From the NCBI GenBank assembly GCA_040285825.1, contig JAUPSS010000007.1, positions 2,392,689 to 2,456,688 of the forward strand: 64,000 bases of DNA, written 5' to 3'. The notes beneath the pieces were generated by a model, which was not told where the DNA came from, made no database searches, and was given only the letters and a program-made list of their open reading frames with translations. The translations under genes were made by a program, and so were the position numbers. Below, in pieces: positions 24,047 to 34,389 of the stretch. Each line of letters opens with the position of its first letter. Within the stretch, counting starts at the first letter, position 1. Source of the DNA: Eukaryota sp. TZLM1-RC (lineage: Eukaryota; Protista; Metamonada: BaSk clade).

Positions 24047-26863
24047 ATGCCTGATCCCTCTATTCTTACTCCCTATTTTGATGCTGTACAGAGTGTCAAT
24101 GCAGAGCTACGGAAGCCTGCTGAAGAACAACTCATCGCTTTTCAAAAACAATCTGGTTTTCTTCCCTTGTTACTCAACTACATAGCGGATTCACGTTTTA
24201 CCATTAATCAGCGAATCCTTGCATGTTCCTCTGCCAAACTCACGGTTCTTAGAGAATGGCGATCCGGCCCTACTGGTGCAATCCAACCAGAAGATAAGCA
24301 ATGTACTAAGACCCTCCTCCCACAGCTTTTCAACCATACCGATCGCCTTTTGTGTGAGAACATTGCTGATCTTGCTGGTAAGCTCATGCGCAAAGAATCT
24401 CTGCGTTCCTTTCCAGATCTTCCTGGGATCCTTCTCAACCAAGCCACAACCCTCTTTGGGGAAGGAAAAGACGGAATATGTCCTTTGATTGGTCTTCACT
24501 CTGTAATTTCTGAACTCTCCACAATGTGTTTAGCCACTGACAGACGGTTATACTATCAACTTGCAACTGTGCTTGCCCCTGAATTAACGAATCTAATTAG
24601 TCATTTAATACCAATCACAAATCCTGATTCACCTGGAGATAAGTATAATCCAGTGGTAATTTCTCTACAATCACTATCAAAATTGATTGATTCTGGACTT
24701 TCCGGGTCAGATTCAGCAGATGTACCAAGTATTTTGAAACAAATTGCAGATCTTTGTGTTAAGCTTTTATCAACTGTACAGATCCGTAAAGGAAAGCTTT
24801 CCTCAATGCTATTGGAACACGTGTTTTCTGTGCTTCAATCAATTTTCTCACAAAGTCAAGCTGTTATTGAGCCTTTCTTTAAAAATCTTTTAGTTTTTGG
24901 CCTTCAAATCATCTCATCTTGGCCTAATTTGGATAATTTATTATACAACTCTGTACTAACTTTTTTTGGTGAAGTTGTAACCGCAAAGAGTAGATTAACC
25001 AGTAACACCAGATCCGAATTAGACTCAATTATCACCAAGGATTTATTAAAAGATTTATTCACGCATTTCTCTTCAACAAGTTTATCACCCTTTTTTGACC
25101 CTGATCTATCAGAAATGATTGATTATGAACCTGATGAGTTTCACGTCGTTTCTTTGCATGATCCACCTTTATTTATTTCCTCGGCAAAAACTTTTATTTC
25201 TGTTCTGTTTACGGAGTATGGCAAACTTTGTAAGGAGGTTTTGTTTGAATTATTAAATACTCAATTATCTCAACCATTAAACAATATCGAAAATATTAAA
25301 AAAATAGATGGGATGTTGGAATTATTTTCAATTTCAGCTAATTCATTTTTTGGAAAAGAGGCTCAAAGTTTAATTCCAAGTCTAACATCTATTTTAAGCC
25401 TTTCCGCTCATGAAAGTATTATAATCAGAAGAAGGATTTGTCTACTCATCAGTAGCTTCTCTTTTGTGGTTGCTGACAATACTGATTTTTTAACCATAAT
25501 TTTTAAATTATTTACTGATTCAAGCTTAATAGTCAAGTTTGCAGCTTGGGAAGCTTTACATTCGTTGCTTACTGAGTTCAAATGCATCAAGACCCAATCA
25601 GATTTAATCAATCAAGCTGCTGAGGAGCTGCTTACTCAGATTTCGAAAACAATTCCTGAATTAACTTCTGATGACTTAATGAAGCTCTCATGCTCTCTAA
25701 TTACTGATTTAATTCTTATTTTACAAGCTAATGTCGTCAGGTTCTTGGAATTAATTCATTCTTTAATTCCAGTATTCTGGTCAAGATTAGCACTTCGTTC
25801 TGATTTATTATGTTTGCTGAAAGGCATTGTTTACATAATTGGACCAAACTCTGTTTCACTATGGCCTACCGCGCTGTCACTCGTTGAACCTATCTTTGCT
25901 GCTTCTGCTCCAGATTCTTCATTGTTGCATGATTGTTTGCTCCTCTATCTGGCTTTATTAAGAAATTCGCCTCATTCCAATCAAGATTTACCATTATTGC
26001 TGTCTTTGATTAAACATTTGCCAAAGTTGGTGAGCTTGGAGGTTTGTTATTTGCCTCTGTACATGCAAATTCTTTTTTCTGGGGTCCTGCTAGGAGGTCA
26101 ATCAATGTGTGTGGAATATAGTTCTATTTTTGGTAACATTTTGGGGTCTACAGTTGATGTAGTTTCTGACCGGGCAATGATTATGACACTTGCCGCTTAT
26201 GATATCATACTCTTGCATGCATCGGAAGCAGTTTTTAACTCTAATCAGAAACCATTTATCGACATATTCACAGTCGTTGTCAATGCTGGACAAGGTGATA
26301 TTGAAGATCTTTCTGCTGCTTTGATTGGTGGATACGCCGCTCTTGGCTGTAGAATTTTACAATCAAACCCTGGATTATTTTGGAAAATATTAGGACTACT
26401 AAATAACGGACTTGCTGAGGAAAAGAACTTTTTGTTCTTTATTGCTGCCTCAATCGAGTATCATGATGTTCTTCTTGATTATCACAAACAGAAAATGGTC
26501 GCGGCCTCATGTCTCTTTGCTCTAGAAAACGATGAGACGGGGGCAGTCATTCAAAATTTGCCCGCAATCATTAATTTGATTATTGGACTTTTGAGCCATC
26601 ATTTTGATCCTTTAAAAGAGGTATGGACTGCAGAAATGTTTGGAGATGGTGATCTTTTAGATGAAGATGAATACATGTCTGATCAAAAAGTCGTAGAAAA
26701 TGATAGAAGGTCAAATTTGATTAGCTTAGATCCAGTGATTAATCTAGATTTAAAACAATATGCAAAAGAGTCGTTATCCAAAGCGGTCAATAAGTTTCCG
26801 GGTATTTTTGAGCGTGTTAAAGCTGGTATAAACGAAAAGGATTGGAATTCAATAATGAATTAA
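24047..26863 (+). CDS. IPO11: Importin-11 (Kap120)-like karyopherin beta
   Basis: IBN_N-like start (RKPAEEQL..F..Q.GF..LL, R...K..V.R.WR) and LSTMCLATDRRLYYQLA resembling importin-11. HEAT-repeat composition, 938 aa. Confidence 0.75.
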   Translation: MPDPSILTPYFDAVQSVNAELRKPAEEQLIAFQKQSGFLPLLLNYIADSRFTINQRILACSSAKLTVLREWRSGPTGAIQPEDKQCTKTLLPQLFNHTDRLLCENIADLAGKLMRKESLRSFPDLPGILLNQATTLFGEGKDGICPLIGLHSVISELSTMCLATDRRLYYQLATVLAPELTNLISHLIPITNPDSPGDKYNPVVISLQSLSKLIDSGLSGSDSADVPSILKQIADLCVKLLSTVQIRKGKLSSMLLEHVFSVLQSIFSQSQAVIEPFFKNLLVFGLQIISSWPNLDNLLYNSVLTFFGEVVTAKSRLTSNTRSELDSIITKDLLKDLFTHFSSTSLSPFFDPDLSEMIDYEPDEFHVVSLHDPPLFISSAKTFISVLFTEYGKLCKEVLFELLNTQLSQPLNNIENIKKIDGMLELFSISANSFFGKEAQSLIPSLTSILSLSAHESIIIRRRICLLISSFSFVVADNTDFLTIIFKLFTDSSLIVKFAAWEALHSLLTEFKCIKTQSDLINQAAEELLTQISKTIPELTSDDLMKLSCSLITDLILILQANVVRFLELIHSLIPVFWSRLALRSDLLCLLKGIVYIIGPNSVSLWPTALSLVEPIFAASAPDSSLLHDCLLLYLALLRNSPHSNQDLPLLLSLIKHLPKLVSLEVCYLPLYMQILFSGVLLGGQSMCVEYSSIFGNILGSTVDVVSDRAMIMTLAAYDIILLHASEAVFNSNQKPFIDIFTVVVNAGQGDIEDLSAALIGGYAALGCRILQSNPGLFWKILGLLNNGLAEEKNFLFFIAASIEYHDVLLDYHKQKMVAASCLFALENDETGAVIQNLPAIINLIIGLLSHHFDPLKEVWTAEMFGDGDLLDEDEYMSDQKVVENDRRSNLISLDPVINLDLKQYAKESLSKAVNKFPGIFERVKAGINEKDWNSIMN

Positions 26864-26957
26864 AAATAAATAGATTTATAATAATAATTTTGACAAAATT
26901 AAGAATGATTATACAAAAAAATACACTAAACAATAACCTTGAGAAAGCAAAGAGCCC

Positions 26958-29900
26958 TCAACTGTTGATGACTTCCACACGATTCCCATAAACCCCAACA
27001 AATTTTGGATTTTTAGTTTCTAGAACTAAATCACTAGCCAATTGGTGTATGATATTCTCAGTCACTTTTTTCCTAACAAAACTAGCCCAATCATCATCAA
27101 TTTCAGCATTAGATTCTCTCGTATAAAGAACAACTCTAAACAAGGAACGAGGTTCAACATCTACACGTAGCATTTGCCTTAAATGATCAGCAGTTTGCGT
27201 TAATCTTTCTATTGAAGGGTTTGGAATTTGAATTATTAAAGAAATTTCATTCAACTCAATCACAATATCAGTTGCGCTGGGTAGGAGTTCTGTCAAATTA
27301 TTCAAAATAGAGCCACACATAGTCAATTTAGTTTTAGAAATTGAATCTGGAACGGAATAGATATCCAAAAGTGGAAGAAAAATGTTTGAAGTATCCACAG
27401 ATTTGAAATTAAATCGTTTTAAATCTAATTTTAATAGTGTGGTTAGCACTACTTCGAAGAACTGAGAATTGCCGTCAACCAAATCACCACCAATAAAACC
27501 AGCAACAATTCTATTAGTGCTTGGGACTATTACTTTTCGTTCATTACTTCGAAACTCCGCCGTTGGAAAAGAAGGGCTCCCAGCGATGAACTGTAACTCA
27601 GCAGTTTGCGAAACCAAAACTGTTCCAACTTGATTTTGGGAAATCCCTCCAAAATGATCTCTACTAGTGGAAAAGACAGTTACCACCGGTATATCAGCAG
27701 TTTTGTTAAGCTGAACCCCAAAGCAAGTTGCCTGGTGACCTCTAATGATAGCTGAGAATCCCAGATGCTTGCAGAATTCACTGATAGCAGTAGATCCAAA
27801 TTGGTAACAACCAGGGCCTCTATCTGAATTATCAAAACCATTGGGTGTTGAAACTTCATAATCAGAGACGTCATTCCAAAGTAACTCAGTATATAGATCA
27901 ATTATTTCTGCCTGGGTATTTGAGGAAGCTTCCATAGATGAGGGGTCAATTGACTTTGGAAGACTTTTGATCTTTTGCCACGTGGATTTCCAATCATTTC
28001 TGATTGGTCTGGGGATACCACCGTGACAGCAAAAGACTTTGCGTGAATCTTGTCCAGAAGTTGAGTTAACAACTGCTATTAACGATAACGAATTAAATAA
28101 TTTTTGTAAACTTTCAATAATTTCATTAGTTTCACCTTCTGAATAATGCTGCAAAAGAACATTAATTGTTGATTTCGGTGTAAATTTATCACTAAATTGA
28201 GCAAAACATTCGTGATTTCCTCTTAGCACGAACCATTGCTTTGGGTGTAGCAGCTTCATTGCAATAACATAAGCAACAACTTCTAAAGGATTAGTGCCTC
28301 TGTCAACGTAATCACCCAACAAAACAAAGTTTCCTGCAGTGAAAGAAGGACCTCTTCTCCACAGCTCGGTTCTAAGGAAGTAGAGGTCAAGCATGTTCCC
28401 ATGAAGATCACCCAAAACGTAAGCAGGAGAAGGAACTTCAACAATGTTGGGTTCTTTAAGTAAAACTTCTGCTGCAGTATTAAAAACCCTCAAACAAAGA
28501 TTTTTGAACCTTTTCCGTTGACTTCTTGGGACCACGAGCTCCCTACCTACCCAAGAACCTCCGTCCATGAGAGAGTGGAGGAGGTCAATGAGTTCCTGAG
28601 CTTCACAAGACCCAGATTTTAATGGAAACTTTGGTATTGAATTGGTTTGGTGTCCAGCAATAGGTGTTGAAACTCCACCCCAATTAACCTGACTAAATCG
28701 CTGTTGAGATCTTGATGATCCCAACCTGTCACGAGGGGGTGTCTCGTAAATATTTGGCGATCCCAATGGAGAAGGAATATCAGAGCTACTGTGAGAAAGA
28801 CGACTCTTGGTTGTACAGGTTATGCTGAGATTATAACAAGACATATTACCACCACTCCCGCTTCTACCTCCAATTACCAGCATATTGATCGCAGGAAACT
28901 CTGAAGGAGGAATGATGGCCAGAGTGTGCCTCTCTCTTCCCAGCACTGCTTCCTTGGATGTCCTGATTCCATGGGTAACACTACCGTAAAGGCCTTCCAA
29001 AGTAATGTATGAAGGTCGTGTTGAGGGAATAGACAACAGAGACAGCTGAGGATAAGGAAGAACTGAATCACGCTCTTCACCGCCAACACAAATGAACCTA
29101 AACACAGAACTACTTGCCTGCTTTGGTAAAGCAATCAAATAGTTTCTCATTATGGGGGCTAATTGTGGCCTAATTGGAAGTAACGTTGGAATAACAGTTG
29201 GAGTCTTTCCATTAATAGAGACGTAAACAGCATCAGAAAAAGAAATGGCTTCATATTGCTCACCCACTCTGCACCCCCCGAGAATCAATGCCGATCGCTG
29301 GGAAGGAAAGAGGGAAGCAGTACCAGCATAAGCACGTGAGAGAAGTTGAGACTGATCACGTGGGATAGGAAGAAAAGAGCGATGATGGCGATGGTAGAGG
29401 TAAGAGTCTGTCAAAAGTCGTAAAGATTCTCCTTGACCAGAGAGACCACCACATAAGAGGATATAGTCATGAGAGAGAGGGACCAGGTTGTGGGCAAACC
29501 TATCGCTTGGCCATTGGTTGGTGCGGAAGCTGCGGGGTGAGATGGTCTTCCAAGTGGGGAGAGTAGCAGGGGAAGTACCGCTGAGAAAGAGGGAGATGAT
29601 GTGTTCAGTGATGAAAAGCTCATAGAGAGGGGAAGGAGCAGAAGATGGGTTAAGTGTGCGACCACCAAAGACATAGAGATAAACACCATCAGGAGAAGAT
29701 GATGCAAAAGCAGCAGAACCATGTTCATAACGTGGAGAAGGGATGGAGCCAGCACAGAGGATCCGTGTTGATGTTTTGGTTGCAAGGTCGAGTACGTAAA
29801 GGTCAGATGAAAAGGAATCTGATTGCTTACGCTTACCACCAAAGATGAAAGCTCTACTACCTACTTGAGAGCAACTGTGTCCAATAAGATGATGAAATGT

Positions 29901-29963
29901 TCCAGAAGGTACATAAGAGCTAGTATTGACTGCAATCGTTGTGTTGAGTGTGACAGAACCCAT
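26958..29963 (-). CDS. Kelch-repeat plus PPP-family Ser/Thr phosphatase (PPKL/BSU1-like architecture) with a C-terminal extension
   Basis: N-terminal Kelch repeats (GH......FIFGG, PRYEH..YVFGG, RFAH..CGG). Intact PPP motifs GDLHG, GDYVDRG, RGNHE, HGG, LLWND, RGPG..FG, IRGHQ. First ATG is at 29963; the ORF track starts at TTG. Confidence 0.9.
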   Translation of the reverse strand: MGSVTLNTTIAVNTSSYVPSGTFHHLIGHSCSQVGSRAFIFGGKRKQSDSFSSDLYVLDLATKTSTRILCAGSIPSPRYEHGSAAFASSSPDGVYLYVFGGRTLNPSSAPSPLYELFITEHIISLFLSGTSPATLPTWKTISPRSFRTNQWPSDRFAHNLVPLSHDYILLCGGLSGQGESLRLLTDSYLYHRHHRSFLPIPRDQSQLLSRAYAGTASLFPSQRSALILGGCRVGEQYEAISFSDAVYVSINGKTPTVIPTLLPIRPQLAPIMRNYLIALPKQASSSVFRFICVGGEERDSVLPYPQLSLLSIPSTRPSYITLEGLYGSVTHGIRTSKEAVLGRERHTLAIIPPSEFPAINMLVIGGRSGSGGNMSCYNLSITCTTKSRLSHSSSDIPSPLGSPNIYETPPRDRLGSSRSQQRFSQVNWGGVSTPIAGHQTNSIPKFPLKSGSCEAQELIDLLHSLMDGGSWVGRELVVPRSQRKRFKNLCLRVFNTAAEVLLKEPNIVEVPSPAYVLGDLHGNMLDLYFLRTELWRRGPSFTAGNFVLLGDYVDRGTNPLEVVAYVIAMKLLHPKQWFVLRGNHECFAQFSDKFTPKSTINVLLQHYSEGETNEIIESLQKLFNSLSLIAVVNSTSGQDSRKVFCCHGGIPRPIRNDWKSTWQKIKSLPKSIDPSSMEASSNTQAEIIDLYTELLWNDVSDYEVSTPNGFDNSDRGPGCYQFGSTAISEFCKHLGFSAIIRGHQATCFGVQLNKTADIPVVTVFSTSRDHFGGISQNQVGTVLVSQTAELQFIAGSPSFPTAEFRSNERKVIVPSTNRIVAGFIGGDLVDGNSQFFEVVLTTLLKLDLKRFNFKSVDTSNIFLPLLDIYSVPDSISKTKLTMCGSILNNLTELLPSATDIVIELNEISLIIQIPNPSIERLTQTADHLRQMLRVDVEPRSLFRVVLYTRESNAEIDDDWASFVRKKVTENIIHQLASDLVLETKNPKFVGVYGNRVEVINS

Positions 29964-30099
29964 CACTGAACGATGGGCCAATTCTGGTGTGGATTGGGTT
30001 GATTGGCTGACACTTTTTTACTGTCACAAGAAGTTTTAGAATACATATTTTATTCAAACAAAATTGTCAATAGTAAATTGTTTCACTGGAACTGTATCA

Positions 30100-30780
30100 C
30101 CAGTACTATTGCATCATTCTCAGTTTCAAAATCATTTTTCCTTTTTTCTATGGCCTTTTTGACCTATCTGTGTATGAACACATGGATAAAGACTCTTGTA
30201 TTGATTCATTCATACCCCGATGTCTGCACATTTCATTTAGAACCAAATTTAATTGATAAGGCCATAAGAAACATCTCATTCTCAAAGCTGTGCTATTTAA
30301 TGATCATCGATTAGAAGGCCAAAAATGTTGGGAACTTGGGAGACTAGGCAACTTGAGCAAATGTTTTTAAGGTCAGTCACAAATAATGCACAAACAGGAT
30401 TTTTTAGCCAAGGTAAGACGTACAATATAGTCCAAGTTTTCTAAAACTTTTAAAAAAAATTTCTGCAATTTTGCAAAAGTCAGTGGTAAGGAGAGCAAGC
30501 TTCTTGTCAAAAGTTCTACCTTAACAAAGGGAAAACATTGAGACTACTTATTTGGTGAAAGAGAATCATTTTTTTGTTGTAAAAAAATAAGAGCTGCCAC
30601 AGTTTTTAATGAGATCAATATTGTTTGGAAAGTGATTCACAAATTCAAAGATAATATTTTTACCACCTCCCACAAATGCAGCTTTACAAGGGTAGCTTCA
30701 CTAATGAAAATCAACACCGCCGATATCTGTACCACAAAAAATGTGACCTCGTAACTGAGATGCACCAATTTCAAGTAATT
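30100..30780 (-). mobile_element. RLE retrotransposon fragment of the same family as 900-4290
   Basis: Nucleotide similarity to ~1600-2130, for example caattttgcaaaagtcagtggtaaggagagcaagcttctt. Confidence 0.85.
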
Positions 30781-32680
30781 TTTTTTGGAAACAGTTTTAT
30801 TAAAAACCTATAAATCAACATCTCAATAGTTCATCTCTGCCAAAACAAAAACACCAGATGCAACCCTCTCATAATAAAATCCAAGAGAAAGCAAAACATC
30901 AGAAACCATCTTCAACATCCCCTTGAAAATAAAAGACACAATTCTATTTTGCCAAAACAATCTGTTGAAATTTCTGTTAGTTCTTCTCTTTACAAGCATT
31001 TCAAAATCTGCCAAAAAAACGCATAGCCGTTGGAGCAAGTGAACCAAAAAGTGAAAATACAAATGGATATAAATTGTATTTTGCATGCTGTTGACTGGAC
31101 AATTTGGACAAAGATTCATTGTGTTTTTTGATTTTGGAATTTTCAGCATTTGAAAGAGGATGATGAATTTCAGAATTGACAAGCCTTTCATTTGAGGCAT
31201 TACAGGGATCAACGGACATAATATCCAATAAAATGAAGGTTCCATCCTATCCAGGTAATATTACATCACCTCTATTATTCTTATGAAAATCATCTTCAGT
31301 ATCAAACAGATTTGACAACAGAGGTTCCAAAAAGGATTCAATTCTATGAGATTTACACATACAATATAGTTGGTCTCTTACAGCATCGTGAACCTTGCTT
31401 CTAAAAGTAATGAAATGCTTACAATTTCACAGATGAGTAATTGTAATTTTTTGAGAACATTTACAAATTAAATTATGAGGTAAATTTGAAGGCAAGATAA
31501 AGGAAGGAAATCTCATATTCAAAGTCCACGCGGAATCAGTTAAGAGAGTACCATAAACTTGTGGAATTGTTGTTACTAAGGCAAAAGACGTACTATCCAC
31601 ATATCTTGTAAAAGATTTGCAAAAGTGGGATTCTTTTTCATGGCAAGGCCAAGTCTAACATCAAAATTCAAGCTTTCAAAAATCTTTGACAATTTTTGTT
31701 GAAGCTTTATACAGCAAAACTGCAAATTAAAAAAAGATCGGTTCGGAATTTCTTGAATTGATTGGGGACAACATTTGTTCCAGATTTTCGATGGCATTTT
31801 TTCGAGCTTACAAGTTATCTCATTAAAACACGGACTGCAATTTGGAACTAACAAATGAAAATCTTCAGGAAATCTACGAGAAAATTCATCAATAAAATTC
31901 CTGCCTCCACGCACAAAAGCTGATTGGCACAAAATAGAACAAATTCAGAAGTTGGCTCTTAACATCATCTATATTTCCTAGGTTACATCCTAAAAAACGA
32001 AAACCAGGCTGGTCGGAATTGAGGAAGGGGACGTTGAGGTCATTAAAGAACAAATCAATTGGTGCAAGGTCGATAATCAAACATTTGGCAATAAGTAATG
32101 GAACCCTTATCTCAGCTAGGATGTGTTCAACATGTCAAATATCAGCTGGCTCCATTTGCTGTTTCTCTTTTTGGTAACATTGGAATATCTGGCATTAAAT
32201 TTTTTGAAGGTTTCGGAAGTTTAATAAAAAAAAGAGCAGGAAAAGAATTGAACTTCAATTTCTGGCACAATAGAATTGTTTTTAGTATTCTTAAAGCAAT
32301 TCCAGAAATGTTGACCAAAGCACTATTACAATTAGGAATAGAGTATGAAAATCGCGCGCTTAAATGATTTGATGATGTTGATGCGTGTATTGAGGATATT
32401 GAGTTCTAGTTTTTTTTCGTTTAATGTTTTGTTAGCGTTGAAAATAAATTTCATTATTTCAAAAAAAATAATTAATGGAATAAATATCTTCTAAGCTTTT
32501 GAATAAAATCTGTCATTTTTTGAGAACTGAAATAGTTGCGTTGACAGAAATGTCATCCACATGTGCCACAATATCTATATCTGGAATTTTTAAATGATAC
32601 ATTAAAGGATGAATCACCAATTAAGAGAAAAAAAAATCAGGAGGATCGCCCTGTTTTGCAACTGAAAAAGTAGCAACTGA
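30779..32680 (-). mobile_element. Second-family RLE retrotransposon remnant (RT C-terminus to RLE) with poly(A) end at ~30779-30786, interrupted by a + strand copy
   Basis: QGDP and VDD remnants (~32560-32660), GFRFLG, GGRNFI, HDAVRD, RGDV, WQNRIV. A T-run marks the junction with the preceding copy. Confidence 0.75.
32096..32468 (+). mobile_element. 5'-truncated RLE retrotransposon 3' end with AATAAA and poly(A)
   Basis: HVKYQLAPFAVSLFGNIG..WHNRIVFS..EDIEF, then AATAAA and an A8 run. Confidence 0.8.
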
Positions 32681-33299
32681 CAATCTATGACAATCTTGAC
32701 GAAACTCTGTTTTGGGCCATACATTCTTTTTTGTATATCTAGTAGTATATTTAGGTCGTCGCTTAACAAAATTGGGATACAAATAGTTGCAAATAGTTGT
32801 TCATTAAACAGGTTCTATATTATCATCTACATAATCTCGGAAAATTTCAATCAAATACCTTGTAGCCGAATACTGGATTCACCATGGAAAAGAAGATAAT
32901 TCAACTAAATATACATTATCAATTAGTTTAACAGATTCGATTGAACCTGATTAATCAGTTCTGTTGGAGATGGGATAGAATCGAACAGACTTGTCTCCTC
33001 AGATTTAATCAATTGAATGAATTTCAACGAAGGAAAGTTTTTGTTCACCGATATTGGTAGGAAAAATGCAGTGAATAATTATTTCCTTCACATTTGGTAA
33101 TAGTATTTGCGTATAACAAGACTTTGTGGTATTTCCGGTCTAACAATGGGCTCAGACAAGAACACTCTATTTTTTGAAATATTAAATGGGACACATGGAG
33201 ATAACATCACGAATTCTTCTAGTGACCTCAGCTAATTGAAATCACTAACCTCAATACAACGATTTTTTGCTACACTTTTTTTGAATTGAAATACTAACT

Positions 33300-33484
33300 C
33301 CCTATACAATATTCTCTAAACAAGCGTCACTGTTACCGAACCTACTCACAGTATTTCGTTCATATTCTACACTAATAGCTAAAAGAGCTTTAGAAATCAT
33401 TGTTTGAATACACTTTAAAATGCAAAAAACAATTCTATTTAACCAGAAAGCGGAGTTCAATTTTTTACGAGATTTGTTGTGCAA
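33300..33484 (-). mobile_element. 3' tip of an RLE retrotransposon, family of 900-4290
   Basis: FWLNRIVFCILK..SDACLENIV, nearly identical to 917-1080. Confidence 0.85.
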
Positions 33485-33499
33485 AAATGACTTACAATT

Positions 33500-34260
33500 T
33501 TCAAAAACAAAGATTTTTGAGTAGTAACTTCACTATCGAAGTGGGTAATTGTTCTATGAAGACCGAATAATCAAGCTCAAAACATTTCAGATCTGACCAA
33601 TGTGTCAAGTTTATAGACCCTATTCCAAGGAAAATAAATCTCAACATTTGAGAACAGTGACAAGCATTGTGGATTATAATCATCAAAGTAAAAATCAAGT
33701 ATTCAATTTTAGTGTTAATTACCCTGGAATCTTTATAAGCAGTAGGTAGTCGCAATTGTAAATCACAAATAATTTCCGAATATTGGGATATTGATGATCC
33801 CAGCATCAATCCTTCTGAATTTCAAAATATGACCATTGCTGCTGTTGATCCGGGATATCTGATCTACTCTATTGTTCTGCCTATTTAGCTATTGAAATGA
33901 CTCATTCAAAGAAACCTGAGAGAGATAAGCATGTTTATTTAAGGTACACTCAAAATCAATGAAGATTTGAGTCAAAAAAATTCAAATTCAAAAGAATAAG
34001 AAACAGTATACGGAATGAAACTCTTATCGCAATAATTAAGTCCACAGAGAACAAAACAGTTGAAGCGTTCCGAATGTACAGAAATCCAAGACCATGGAAG
34101 AGGCACGAGAGGTATATTCGTCAGGGGCTTACCATTTAAATCTTGCGAAAGTTTGTGGAATAGAGATCAAAATGCTTCGCTGAATATGTTGGTAGTGATG
34201 AAAAGCACATGCAAATGGTGGAGATAGACTAGTATACCTGCAGAGCACAATGCAACAAGA
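33500..34260 (+). pseudogene. Internally deleted Fanzor remnant
   Basis: MTIAAVDPG (RuvC-I, ~33830), YRNPRPWKR, SCESLWNRDQNASLNM (Zn finger/RuvC-III). Confidence 0.8.
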
Positions 34261-34389
34261 AAATGATGTACGAGGAAAACTACTTGACACGTTACACTCT
34301 TCGTGACAATAAAAATCATCCTTACGACTCAGACCCTCAATATTAGTGTAAAAAGAACACTTATTTCATTGTTTTAGACAATATCTGCA

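Noticed and set aside
5471-29848. Many short antisense or alternate-frame ORFs inside long genes
   Set aside because: They are shadow ORFs of real coding sequence with no independent motifs.
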